Below, one piece after another: positions 25,701-38,600 of a DNA stretch of 64,000 bases. A model generated the notes under the pieces. It was not told where the DNA came from and did not search any database. It saw only the letters and a program-made list of their open reading frames with translations. Each line of letters starts with the position of its first letter. The stretch's first letter is position 1. Source of the stretch: Lepidodermella squamata. Lineage: Eukaryota > Animalia > Gastrotricha. Location: assembly GCA_047495785.1 (NCBI GenBank), contig JBLDXI010000019.1, positions 3,410,001 to 3,474,000 of the forward strand. The letters run 5' to 3'. The translations under genes and the position numbers were made by a program.

Positions 25701-28700
25701 CACCAGTCGAACTCCGTCATACGGAAATGTTCATCTCACTCACGCTAAGACCTAGGGTTAGAGTAAGTGGCATGCCCTTCTAGTCCTCAAAGTTCGCTTT
25801 GAAAAAGAAATTATTATTATTATATTATTATTCTTTTCAAAATAATGATCAAAATGGGGCTTGAAGCTAGTCACCGTAGGGGTCTCCAGGCCATATATAA
25901 AAAGCCAGAATTGTTTCCGATTCTTACCTTGGTAGTAACGTAATGAATGCCAATGAAGTCACCAGCTGCAACTCGGATGCGATCGTTGACTTCGACAGGT
26001 TGAATAATGCGGCCGACTCTAAGCGCTGGGAATGAGTTCGACCCAACCAGACGATAGTGACCGTTGTCGATCTTGCGCCAGACATCAAAGTAGACAACCT
26101 CGCCCTCGCTCGAGTTCGAATAGAATTCCCACGTGTGAACCTCGCCCGAGCACGTGAATCGCATCTTGGTGAAAGCCATGAGGTGGGCCGGCTCCAAAGA
26201 GCCACCGGCCTGAACAACTTTACCAGCCTTGCAAGCGTTTTGGATCTCTAAAATAGAAATTCATCAATGATGTTGGTAACGGAGAATGCTTTGATAAAAT
26301 GAAGGTAACGGACTATAACTATAGGTTTAATTCTTTTAATTTGAATTTCAATTACGCCCTCGTTTTCGAATTTCTACACATGCTGTTTTGTCCGAATGGT
26401 CTTGACCATTCATTGGGACGATTTTCAATTCAATGTTGAGATGCGTCGGTTCATAAACACTCTTCTCTCAAATTTCAGAACCAGCTGTTTCAGAACCTCA
26501 TCAGAACTCGTTATTGCCTCAGCCTTTGAGCCCGCTCCAAGAAACCAGAAGCATCTTTCCTGGCCGGAAGTTGGTCAAATACGGACCCAAGTATTAGGAG
26601 AAAGTCTTCAAGTTACCTGGGATTCACCGCGACTTGATGATCCATAGTTACACATTTCCTCCAGGGGAAAAATTTCCCTGTCATCCTTTAGCAGAGGGTC
26701 GCAGCCATTCCAGAAATGGGTAGCGCGTTATAATCTCCTGACCCAACAATTAGGAAATAACTTCCCATCTGAACTACAACCGAATGCCATTGAGCCTCAA
26801 ACGCATTTCGGCGAAAACTCGGGGGTATTTGCAAGAGTGAGTTAGTCTCATCTCTAACTTTGGAACCCGCCATCGTCGAATCTTCCATGAAACCGTCCCG
26901 GTCTCCATTCCCCTCTCAAATTTCAGAACAAACCTTTTCAGAACCTCCTGGCTGGAAGTTGGTCAAATATGGACCCGGGTATAAGGAGAAAGTCTTCAAG
27001 TTACCAGAGATTGACCGTGATTTAACGATTCATTGTTGGACATATCGTCCTCGAGATATCGATATTAGGTTTCCGCGGATCATCCTCGCAGAACAAAATT
27101 CAGCCTGAACTATCTATTTACCAAGAATGTTTCATGTTTTAGGACCAACTGCGCCAAGTGGCCTGGCTTACAGTCTTGCCTAAGGCAGTGCGTCACCCTA
27201 TGGGATGATAGTGCGCATAAGTTCAGCCGCCAACAACAGCTCATGACTATCGCTTTAAAATGCTGCACCTTGGAATCGAGCCAAAATAATGGTTTCTCCG
27301 TTACGCGGTATCACAAAGCTATGTTTAACGCAGACATGCCCGAGGCCCGAGGGCGAAATACCGGAGATGGACGGCATATAAGCGAAAATCAGGCGTATCT
27401 GAGTTTACATTTTTCAATTTGTTGATGTCTATTCTGATGTGTTCATCTAGACTTACTTCAAGACGCAAGGCCTCGCGGCCAGCGGTGATGTAACTCTGAT
27501 GCAGAAAACACCAGATTTGAATTGTTGCTCCAAAGTGTCTTACAAATGGCTATTGCGAATGCGAAAGCGGAAGCGATTGCGTAATCAAACCAAGCCGAAC
27601 GTAAAATGAGCCTACGGGATATCTCGGATACTGTTAATACTATGAAGGTTAAGTCTCGCTACTCGAAATGATTGTAACTCACGAATTCAAATCGGCACTG
27701 CTGGTAACGGACCTCCCTTAACAAGTTCAGAAGCTTCGCCACATGTTGGCGTCATTGCGAATCAACGTTATAGCGAAAAAATTTGATCTACAGGTCAGCA
27801 AGTTCAGTTACCTACCCGACGACGGCACCACCAGCGAGGAGGAGAATGATGAATAGTTTTCTTTCTCAATTTTTGATTGACTGATGAAATTTCGAATAAA
27901 TATTTTTGGTTTTTGCCAAAATGATAAATGATAACCTCATTTTTTTGCCACAATCAATACAAAAAAGCTTCTAGGTACATAGTCAAAATGTGCAATGGCG
28001 ATTAATCCATATCTAGATTTTCAAAATGTGTTTGCTACAATAATCGCCTCCTAGATTTTGAGCTCATTTTACTGAAAAACTGAAGCTAATCGAGCTTACA
28101 AGATCTCAAAATTGACGAACAAAATCTGTCCCTAGTCCTGTTCTCAACAGTTTCAGTAGCCAAAAAAATCAGAATTTCCCGAATGACTCACCATTGCATT
28201 TCGGCAGTTCGCCCCAAATACCCGGCGGCTTGCATTCCACCTCCGGCTTGCCAACCATGATGTAGCCAGTTTTGCAGGAATAGGTCGCGAAAACCGACTC
28301 TGTCAGAATCATCGACACGCCCACTTCAGTTTCGTTGGTCGTCGGCCGTTCCCGCCGAATCGTGTTCACCTTGGCGTTGGCATTCGCCAGCGGCGGCGGG
28401 TAGAAACACGGCGAGACGCCAGATTTCTCCCACGATTCGATGCAGTCTGGCGGGCGGGACCACAGGCCGTTCGACATGCACACCACGTTGGGATCGCCGA
28501 CGAGAATGTAGCCGTCGTTGCACTGGTAAGACACGACCGACGTTTCGTGGGATGCATTGCCGATTTGAACCGAATTGTCCACATTTGGCGCCATGCCGCA
28601 ATCAGTCAGAGTGAAATCCTGGGAAGGAAAAACAACATTTATCAATTATTCAAGAAGGACTAATAATTATTTTAAGAGCCTTATTCGATTTTTAGCGGAA

Positions 28701-31700
28701 CCGAATTCGACCGGAAGCAGCACAAAATGTTGAGAAATTGAAAATGATTTTCTGAATTTGTCTGAAATTTCTCCGAAATTTGCTGTAGTATAACGCCTGG
28801 CTGTCAATTTCAGAACGCGAGTTAATCATGGCGAAAATAATGAGTCGAAAAATGAAAATTTCAAATTATTCATCTACCTATAACTTCTATTCTATTGCTC
28901 ATTCCTATCTTCCAAAGTAGGAGAAATTTGGTCCGCTAAAAGACATTCAGATTTGGGGCCTTGCGATTTTTGCCCACTATGTTAACCTTACTCTCATTGG
29001 TTAAGTATCTTTCTTCTGAACTGGCTTTAGCTCGCATAGTCGTATGCAGACGATTCTTCCCCAAAGCGCTCGATGTAACACCAAAATTCGTTCGTTACAC
29101 TTTGGAAAATAAAATTTCCAATTCAAACATGACGGTTGAGCAGAAGGAGAACGTCGTCAACTGGGCTATTTCCTATTTTTCGGCTGGGGCTTACCGAAGT
29201 CTCGCCTGCTGGAGATTTATCGATGAAACAAAGGGGAGAGTTACTTCCCCAATTCATTGGAATAATTTAATTAAATTCCCAATTTTTTTAATTTCCTAAA
29301 GCAAGTTTTCACACGTTACGCACATCGACCCTTTATCGACCATTTTAATGTCGAAGGGGACATCATGGTCTTTCTAGATCGTATAGAAGGCATAGGTCAG
29401 GGATATCAACCCTTCATTGGTGCCGAGACCCGTTCGATCAACGAACCATCAACCCCACCAACCAGGTACGTTTCAGATGGTTCGCGACATTTCAGATCAA
29501 AATTTCTGTCGTTACACGGTACAAACGGGTACAAAAATAAATTTCGTCTGGAAAATACTCAATCACCTTAGTTTCAGGTGTATTAGCCTGCTAAAATCCA
29601 AAGCTGGATTCAAATTTCAGACGATGGCCCAAACAAAAAATAGGCAATAAGTAGTACTTTCGAAACATGTTTATCACAGCAGCGTCGTGTTCTAAAAGTG
29701 AGGAGAATAAATAACTCAATATTTGACACCACTATACGCAAGATCCCTCCAAGTTATCTTTGATTTTCTGCCCTTGTCAAGTTTCATCCTTTGATGGCAA
29801 TTGCCGTATTTGTCCACTTAGCAGCCCGGGGTATAAACATTTCAATCACAAATTTTGAAAAATTGGAAAATCAATTTTTGGTAAATCGATTATTTTCAAT
29901 GTTTTCGAATCGACTTGACCAGTCAACCCTGGGCTGCTACTAGAAAAATACAGCCATCTTTGAGACTTTGACTCCAAAACCGATCATACATGCGATCTCT
30001 ACGATTACTTCAAAAATTAATGACGCCTATGTAAATTATTTCCTATTTTCCAGCTTTGAGAAAAGCCAAACAACTTCTCTCAAAATGAAGATTCAAAAAT
30101 TGCGGATTTTTCGCGAGAAATTAAAAATGCTCACCTTGAGATAAGCCCGCATAGCCACTGCGCATTTGCGAACGCGGAAATCGTACAGCGTCAGCGTGCC
30201 AATGTCCATGGCCGTGTCGATTTTCTCGCGGTACGTCTTCGACAACAGGCACCAGTCGAGCTGCGGCGAGCCCTTCACCGACCCGGGCGACACCATGATG
30301 CCCGACAGACCCGCGTCCGCCGCCGACAGTGTCGCAGCGTCGGCTGCTTTTTCAGTCGGGAAGAAGTCGGTTCCGGGCGTGGTCGGGCCAGTTGCGGTGT
30401 CTGGAAACGCGGCTTCGGTTTCAAGGACCAAACTGCTCGGTGTAGCTCCGTCGTCCGTGAATTCCGGCATGGTTTTCATGTCGGTCATGATCGGAACGCC
30501 GCTGTCCGCATTCGGCGCGTCGAAGTAGATGCCGAGAAAATCGCCCTTTTGCACGTAGATGTCGTACAAATCTTCGCCTAAAAAAAACAGAAAATAATTA
30601 TTGATGTCAAATTTTCATCAAAAATTCATAGCTTAAACAGAAATTTCGGGCAATTGAAACTCTGAAATAAAATAAAAAATTAAATTAATTTCGCCGCAAA
30701 TTTGGCTCAAATAAAACATTTTCTAGATAATTTTTATATTTTATGGTCAACGGTCTAATATTGAAGAGAATCACTGAAAAAGTATAATTAGAAATAATCC
30801 GAGCTGTGGCGTCGATATTAAATTCGACAGTGAAAAACATTAACCCGAACGTCGATAATTCTTTAAAATTGGTTCAGCTGATTTAGATGGCCACCGATTG
30901 AAAATTGCGTCATATTTTCTAAAAAGATTCGTAATCTACAAAAATACGCGACCCACATTTTACGCAAACATTTTTTTAATTTTGCAAGTTTTTGGAGGTA
31001 GGTAAATTTGAAAAATTATAAATTAAAAATTTAGTGAAGAAAACCCGGAAAACTCCGATTGTAACTGCATCGGTAATTTTGACTAAGGTATTTTACCCGT
31101 TTGGACCCTTTCATCTAAATTATTTTCAACTCATTGACAAGTGGAATACTTGCTTACTATTCTCGTGGCATTTTGAATTTTTTAAGATATTTCTGGCCAT
31201 GAGATATGGCAATCTTTAATCGTTGCTCCCGTACAGTTTTTCGCTTCTCATCGTAACGATTTATACGAATTGCGAATTACGTAATTACGTAAAGTAACGA
31301 TTTTGCTTTTACTTTTTTCCAGGGTTACAGAAATCACGGTTTAATCGATAAAAATTGAAGGTAATTTTCATTTTAATAAAGCGAAAAATCAAAATGAAAA
31401 ATCGTACCTTCAAGTGACATGAAACCGTTACGGTCGACCAGGACTTGTTGGTAAGCAATTCGCTGCAAAATCTGGCGCTTCGTCGACGGGCTCGTCCACG
31501 TCATGTTGGTCGCAAACCGCCAAACAGACAGGTAAACTGAGATCGTGTGAATAGCGGCGGCGACTGACAGTAATTCCCAGCGGATGATACGACCGGCGCA
31601 CGGGAAAGACGCGGCCGGCATGAGAGCGAGCCACGTTGGTGATCGCATCGTCGAAAACGAGCGGGGATCAGGGCCAGCATAACAGCTAAACAACGGATGA

Positions 31701-33118
31701 CCTAGAAAAATCGAAAAAAATAATTTAAACATTTCAATCTAAAATTCAAGATTACTTATTTCCATTAGCAAAAAATGGATGAAAATAAAAATAAGAATTA
31801 AATATTTTTTCAGAAAATCGGGAAAAATCGATAATTCTTGAGATGATCGGAATTATCGAATTTATTTGGTAAATGCCAAGTGCTTGTAAAACGAAGGCTT
31901 GTATAGTTCTTGGTAATAAAAACTGAGCCTTTCCTGCTATTTAATATAGGTCAGGTCATCGCTGTTTTATTGCCTCGATTAATGAATGGCGCACTTACGA
32001 TCGACAACGGCCTGTAGGCTGATGAGCGTTGGCTCGGCGTCCAGGTCATCGAAACTGGCAATACGGCCGTGGAGGCGCATGATGTCGCCGTACGTGTAGT
32101 TGGTCGCGTAACAAGACTGCAGTTTCTTGTTCCTCGCCGCAGTGAATGTCCGGGCGTAACGCTGGTAGGCAACCACCGAGTAATCCGACATGATTTGGTC
32201 GTAAAATACACCTGAAATGAAGAAAGAAAATAATAAAATAAATTAGACAAAATGGCAATCAAATTTTATAATTGATCAGAACTATGCTAATAAAAAAATA
32301 AAAATTACTGAAAAAGATCTAATCGCGGGGAAATAATTTTCCAATGGAGAAATGAAATTCCGGAAATTCTGGAAAAAAATCAGTGCTCCAAAAAATCCAA
32401 AACCCTAAATAAAATTGAACGTAATTTGGGTAAAATGAACTCGTAAAAATGGCCATAATTTTTTTAAATTGATAAATAACGAGGAAAAAATCCTAGTTTA
32501 TCACAAAAGGGAAGAATTTTATCACGAAAAATCGGGTGAATTTTGAGAAAGAATCTGAAGAGGGAATTCGTACTTCAATAAATACAAGATCTTTAACAGT
32601 GACTCGAATCTAGAAAATTCTAAAAAAAATTTAAAATTATTCTCACCGATAAAGTCGTTTTTCAAGACATTAATGCGGTTGCCCTCGCGAATTTGAATGC
32701 TGTGCCGGCCGAGCTGCGATCCACGAACGCGGTTGTAGCCAACCAACTGCAGCGTGTCATTGGACGAGCGGCGGAAAAAGCCGAGGTAGGCCGGCGTGTT
32801 GTCATCGGCGCCCGAGTGGAAAATCCACTCGCGAACCGTGCCGTCGCAAACGGAAACGAGCGACGGGCAAAGCAGCAGAAAAGCGCCGTTTCGATTGTTC
32901 AAATTATCATCGGCAATTTCCGAGCCGACGAAACACATTTCTTGCGGCTTAGTCGCGGCTGTTCCGAAGACTTCAAAAGGGTTGTCGACCCGCGAGTACG
33001 ACTGGTAGCCCTGCGGGTTAATAGCGCCGCCAACTCCGATTTGCTGGCCATCGACCGGCGATGATTTGATGAATAATAGTAGTAACAACGCGTTGATTAA
33101 CTTCAACGGTAAAATCAT
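13792..33118 (-). CDS. ~1750 aa type I transmembrane receptor/adhesion protein, 10 exons: SP, five copies of an unassigned ~150 aa domain, four sushi/CCP domains, EGF/EB-like Cys repeats, TM, Ser-rich tail ending SDL
   Basis: Exons 33118-32647, 32211-31999, 31701-31408, 30577-30135, 28618-28192, 26247-25928, 25222-24479, 22009-20996, 20220-19640 and 14536-13792. All junctions are GT-AG and phase-compatible, giving 5253 nt. CCP motifs include YQCNDGYILVG..C..NG.WS.PP.C; the TM is AVISALSMLAACAVMFAVW. Confidence 0.88.
14808..15560 (+). pseudogene. Degenerate DUF3504/Crypton (tyrosine-recombinase-derived, ZMYM/QRICH1-like) fragment inside the last intron of the receptor gene
   Basis: ISRFAFEVMEVNGTYYPGETVLELVESLQRHLREH resembles the DUF3504/Crypton N-terminal pattern L.RF..EVR..NG..YPP.TL..L...LQR.LRE. 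Downstream frames are broken. Confidence 0.5.
16128..16323. mobile_element. Small MITE-like element with 21-bp terminal inverted repeats
   Basis: GCGAATAAAAGGGCCAAGTGC (16128-16148) is the exact reverse complement of 16303-16323. A related end (CCCTTTTATTCGCGAT) recurs near 17002. No clear TSD. Confidence 0.65.
17331..18579. mobile_element. ~1.25 kb non-autonomous DNA transposon/foldback element with ~50-bp imperfect TIRs
   Basis: TCGTCGTTTTTAGAC..GGAGGG.TACGGAGG.GTTCGTTAA.GCCATC (17331-17381) matches its reverse complement at 18530-18579. The interior is AT-rich and non-coding. Confidence 0.75.
20655..20835 (+). repeat. Dispersed intronic repeat also present at ~17825-17915 (plus a short match at ~18100) and in reverse near 31040-31085
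   Basis: Shared AAATTAC.GAA.CAGGAG.TTTC.GGGTTTT.CC.GTAAATTTT.AATTTCT.CGGTAAATCG.GGATA and AAATGGTTGCG.AA.TCATG. Confidence 0.6.
24040..24387. mobile_element. hAT-family MITE, 348 bp, 8-bp TSD GACCAATG
   Basis: TIR CAGAGTTGTCCACGGGTC pairs with GACCCGTGGACAACTCTG. Perfect TSD at 24032-24039 and 24388-24395; subterminal ACCG(A/G)A repeats. Confidence 0.92.
25517..25831 (+). mobile_element. tRNA-derived SINE
   Basis: Pol III A box TGGCTCAGTTGG (~25528), B box GGTTCAAGTCC (~25586), ~200 nt body and (ATT)n tail at ~25810-25831. Confidence 0.7.
26463..27020 (+). repeat. Imperfect direct repeat pair (~26463-26640 and ~26912-27020) in an intron
   Basis: Both carry CTCTCAAATTTCAGAAC...TTTCAGAACCTC and CCTGGC.GGAAGTTGGTCAAATA.GGACCC..GTAT.AGGAGAAAGTCTTCAAGTTACC. 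Confidence 0.7.
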
Positions 33119-34740
33119 GGTTAAAATCAATTGATTGTGTGTGTGTTTGCGTGTACAAAATTAACAGGTCATGTTTTTATGTGTGAGATAAAATTTATTG
33201 CTGTTATAAATTTATTGCTGAGAAATGTTTGGAATGAGTGCAGGCTTCAAATCGCGGCGCGTGCTGTTGCGGCACGCGATTCGGGACGCATTACGCAACA
33301 TCATCTCGACGTTTTTCATTCTAAATTTTCATTCATTTTCTTTGCCTTATAGTGAACTGATGAATAAACCATAAAATTTCAACGTTGCGGATTCAACTAA
33401 CCTGATAAAAAAAGAATATCGAGGAATATGACCTATTTCACGCAGGTTATTAAAAAATTCCAAAATAACATGATCGAGCGAAACCAGTGCTCCGCAAACT
33501 TTTTTCCCAACTGGCATTTTTGGCGGCCGGAAAGCCTTTGCTTCGGCCGCCGATACAATCCCTTCTCCGGCCGCACCAACATTGGCAATGCTCTTTCATC
33601 GGCCGCAAGTTGTGTTTTTAGCTCCAAGCAAACTTTTTTCCATGACAAATTTTCTTTCGCGAGAGTTCTATTGCGCTTAGCGAAGGGGGTTAATTAAAGA
33701 GGCTTTTATAAACAGGTCGATTCCAGAGGCCTTAAAAGCAAACTTCAACTACCTAAACCGAAGTTCACTACTTTTGAATACATCAGTAGCGCAAATATCA
33801 AGAGATCAAATAGTGTGAAACTATCTCGGAAACTTGTTGCTAGGTCAGGACAATGACTTCTGTTAATCCCCTGAAAAGGCTCTATTGCCGTCTGATTTTG
33901 AATGGAAAAGTTCTGTCTAGAGAGCTAACAAAAAATCCTCAAGTCGACTTGGGTTTTAAAATGAATCCTGTTGAAACAGGAAATGAACAGGATTTTAAAA
34001 TGAATCCTGTTTTAAAAACTTGGCAGATAATGACGCGATCAACGTTGATTTTCAATGTTCAAGGTTCTAGCGGTGGAAACTAATTTGGGGCCGGAAATAT
34101 GCACGTCCGAGTTCCTATCTGACTGAGAATCTGAGAAATATCAGGTTCAAGTGCAGCAGCACTATTTTTAATCTACAAGCATGAATGCGAACTTATGCGC
34201 ATACTTTTTTGCCCGGATATAAAATTAGTATGGAGGCTAATTTCTTCACCCGATAGTCACCACTTTCAATTTGCCAAGTGAGAACAATGAAAAATAATTC
34301 ATCTCTGAGATGTTGGCGTGGAACTATTGACGCTTGACTACTTGACGCTCTTCCCGATTCGGCCTATGGTGGCGACATTACCTTGATCTGTGGTTTAATA
34401 GTTTTGTGATAGTGGTTAAAAAGACATGAACATTTTCGAATCATCGAAATTGCAGATAAATTGGTAATCACCTTTTTTAAGAAAACTCATCAATTTTTCA
34501 ACTAAAGCACCATTGCCAATACCAATATCATCGTAAGTAATAACTGGTAAAATTATTAGTAAACAGGTTCAAATGCCGTGGTAGTAACTATGGTTCGGAA
34601 AGTCTCTGCGATTTGACGAGGACTTATTTAATACCTTTCGCGCCAAATTTTCAATAAAATTGTTAAATTCTTTCGCTCAGTGCTCCGCAAACTCGGTTTT
34701 TTCTGCCGGCCGGCAGGGCAGTTCACCGCGGCCGGGAAGG

Positions 34741-35094
34741 GTGCGAACAGGGGTGCTATGATATCGCGACACACCAGCTCCGGGACTCCGACCAGAGGAA
34801 TATCACACAAGTGGGTACAATTCAGGGATAAACTTTGAAATGAATAAAGTGATTGAAGTTGCATCATATTATATACACAGGGTGTTTCAAATGCGGCGCA
34901 CACTAAATAATCATGTGTGCCAGAATGCTCCCCGCCAGTGTGCGAAGTAGGATCCGGGAACTGAGGTGTTTTCTACTTGTTTTTAGGACCCGGCCGAAGA
35001 AACCAAAGGATCCCCCTGTGGTTTTTTCAGCCTTTCTCTGGTTGGAGTCCTGGAGCTGGGGGTCGCGACACTCCAGCAGCCCTGTACTTCGCAC
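34741..35094. mobile_element. Foldback/MITE-like element with ~60-bp imperfect inverted ends
   Basis: GTGCGAACAGGGGTGCT..TCGCGAC..CCAGCTCCGGGACTCCGACCAGAG pairs with CTCTGGTTGGAGTCCTGGAGCTGG..GTCGCGA..AGCAGCCCTGTACTTCGCAC. Confidence 0.6.
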
Positions 35095-35132
35095 CATGCA
35101 CCAACCTCAAATGCGTTGTGAGCGCAGAAAAG

Positions 35133-35295
35133 CGTTAGCCTCGCGCCAAAAGGGCAGTTTAGTTGACGTCACTTGCCCGTAGAACGTGATAACATTATTC
35201 GCCGGTTGTATTCCCCAACACGTTATGAACCGGCCGTACTTTTCATACGTGGGGGCTATTTTTAGTAAAGCCGCCCTTTTGGCGCGAAGCTAACG
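35133..35295. mobile_element. 163-bp MITE with ~23-bp TIRs and apparent 4-bp TSD AAAG
   Basis: CGTTAGCCTCGCGCCAAAAGGGC pairs with GCCCTTTTGGCGCGAAGCTAACG; AAAG lies on both flanks. Confidence 0.7.
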
Positions 35296-35613
35296 AAAGC
35301 AAGGAAAACTGCGCCAAAAATTGCAGAGAATACCGCTTCGATAGGACAGGTTTCTGCTAAAGTTTTCTTTTGATGTTAAGAATAAATTGAACGTGAAAAT
35401 TGTAGCCTAATGCGAACAAAATATTTCTTAAGTCTGTTAAAGTTGAACCTTTATTCGTACTGTCTATCGTATTGTCTATTTGCTTAGATCGCTTATGCGA
35501 TAATTGCATAATAAGACACTTTAAAATAAATAAATAAATCAATAGGATATTTGTGTCAAAGACCAACACTGACCATCTTCGTGTTAGGGTGATATTCTGT
35601 TCTTTGATCAGAG

Positions 35614-38600
35614 TTAATAAACGAGAATTTCAGCGAAGGCAAGTTGCATGTCACCAGTCTTCTCAGCGGTGACATATCGACCGTTCAATGGGGGAGTGCA
35701 GTGGAAAGCGAGACCCTGGCCTGCGACTATGTTCGGCATCTGGTAACCGTTCCAGAAATCACAGACATCGTTCATCAGCAGATTCGCCCCAGCAACATTG
35801 TCACCAACTCTTATGGTGAGGCCAAAGCTGGACGATGTAGAGTAGTCAATCCAATCTGTGCCACTAGCCATGACGAGGACGACTTTCGAGACCGAAGAGC
35901 GAATGCCTAGATCCACCTGGAACCAAATAGGCCCACTGATGGCCTGAGATCCAGTTGGAGTAATAAAAGACCCATCTGTTAGCCCGGTATTGGTATCAGC
36001 TGAGAAGTTGGACGAAGTGACCGTTTGCAGCCAGGCGATGTTGGACGAGTTGTCGCTGTTGCTCACCTCAACTTTGCAAACCACCATATCGTAGCCGTTT
36101 GTTTTAGATAGCAGCGTAACATAACGACCTGACTTCGGCGGATAGCAAGGTACAGAGATCCTGGCATCGTAAGGCACGCTCTTGATATCATTTCCATCAT
36201 TGCATTTGGGTAAAGCATCAGCATCCGTTGCTCCACCGGCTGGAACTGTGTCGGACACAGCAACCTGAAGACCCTTAGTCGGGAAATCAGCCTCGTCGTA
36301 GCTGCAGCCCTTGAAACTGAACTTGCCAGCTGGTTGCGTGTTGAAATCGTCAACGTACAGCCGGACAGCACCGGCGACGAGATACGGCTTCAAATAGTTG
36401 GTGACAGGCGAGGTGTTTGGACCAGTTGAGGGTCCATCGAATATTCGAATTCGAGATCCGTTGTGGCCAAAGGTATACGCCACCCATTTGCTGGACGAGC
36501 CTCCCAATCGGCTGGTCAAGTGGTACTTGGTGATGGCAGCTGTTGTCGTTGAATGAGCCTGAACCATGACGATGTTGATGATTTTATTCTCGTTGAAATC
36601 GAGTTGAAAATATGGTTGCGAATCGCTTGGGAGTGCCATCCAGTCATTGGTGTTTCCAATATTAGCTTGTTGTAAACTGACGCTCGAGGTGTTCCAGCTC
36701 GAAGCAGAAGCAACGGCACTCCCGTCAAAGAGCTCGATGTTGCAGAATTGCTCTGCTCAAAACTAAGCTACGCATGGACATGGCAAGAGAAGAATTCTTA
36801 CGTGCGCAACCTCTGACCAGAAACTTCAAACAGATGTTGTTGCTCCATGTTTGAGGATAAATTTGCAAATATCGCGCAACAATGTAAGGCCTAAGAAAAT
36901 TCCACTGTAGACTCGTCGCATCGCTGTTTCCAGTAAATATCTGTCAAATAAGCTTCAAGTCACGTTTTATCAGGGTATAGCTTTCAGGCTTACTTTGATT
37001 ACCCCGGGTTGAGCCCGACTGGAGTAACTTCTGGAGCTGAAACCTTGAGTGCCCATTGCCAAACGGAAACTAGAAACATAACAACTCCCCACAGAGTCCC
37101 CGGCGGTAGCTATTGAATGAATGATCATCTGCTCGCCAAAGTCTAGCTGAATGTACTGAGCAGTCGACTGAGTAGAAGGAGTCCAACTGCAGGCGAGAGA
37201 GCCTCTAATATCAGTAGCATTTGGGCAGGCGGTCATGGCTGAGCTGTTTGAGCTGTATGACCACACTGCATTCGACGTCAAGTCATTCTCGCAAACGTGG
37301 CCTTCAACTGATGAATCGTAAGTAAATAATTACGAATCTCACGAAAGTTCGAAGTACTCACGAATGTTGGGTGTTGGAATAGACGTTGATAGCTCCATTG
37401 CAAGGTATTGATCGATAACTGCCCTGTACACAAAAAACCAAGCCATCGGGCCTTCAAAACGCATGCCATGGAATGGGTCCTGTCGAGAATAAATCAAATC
37501 TCCAGCATTTCACCCTTGGAATCTCTTGTATCCTTACCACTCCGAGGTACATTGAATCCGTGGCATCAGGAATGCAGTCTGGCATACTGCTTACAGCGTT
37601 TCGGGTCCCGTCACGATACGTCGTCAGTTTGCTGTTTCCTGCCGTGAAATCAGCGGCCATCAAAAAGTGCTCCCATACATTGTATTTCAGGCCCATCTGA
37701 TACATAATGTTCCATCCAGAACAAGCTAGCGAGTACTCAGTTTGGTTGCTGGACGGCAACAAACGAATAGTGTGTTTGGGCTGGCTGGATGTTTAGGCGC
37801 ACCTTTGTTCCGAAGGAACGAAAGTTCCCACCCAATTGCCATTTTCCGCGCCCTTTCCCCTTTTGAACGTGATTTAAATGGCGACCCCCCCAAATCTCAG
37901 AAGGGCAAGGATATAGATCGCACAACCTTGCAAGTTATATCAATCGATAGCCCTTGACGAGGAGAGCTTAACAAAACTATTCCAGCCATTTTCGCCGGAC
38001 CATCTCGAAGAAATCGTTAAAAAACTGAATTTGACCTACTTTTTCTGGGGGTATGCCCAATTTAAACTAGGTCAATTTGGTGCTATTTTTAGCTGCGCAA
38101 TCACTAATATAGGGCCAGTACTGCGCACGTCACTAATAATAGAAATATACTGATCGCGATTTGGCCTTATGGCCAGTGTTACTCGAGCTTTCATACAATT
38201 TAGCCTCCCTCCTCGGGGAGGGAGGCTTTCAACAGTTCATTGCTGACTATCATTTTATTGAAGATGTATCCTCGTGAAGAAATGGCTTATTTTAGGTCAT
38301 GTGACTGGGGCAAAATGCAAAGCTAATTGAAAATCACACGATAGATTAATTGATAATTTGACATCGGGCATGGATTATTCGTCATTCGATCGGCATAATT
38401 GCTACTAAGATTACAGTTTTTCGCTCTATTCAAGTCATAGAGGCAGCTTATTTCCTCCACTGTATTCGAGAACGCGATTGATCGCGTTGATTGATAGCTA
38501 CCAAAGGCTTGCCCAGAGCATTGTCGAAAGCTATTAGCTCTGCGGTTATACATTGAACATTTCAATTGCTCTGTTAGGTGGACACGAGATGGCAGTTGCT

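Noticed and set aside
27500-27800. Possible hAT transposase dimerisation-domain remnant (MAIANAKAE, NTMKVKSR, NGPPL)
   Set aside because: The motifs lie in broken frames and are too weak to support without a search.
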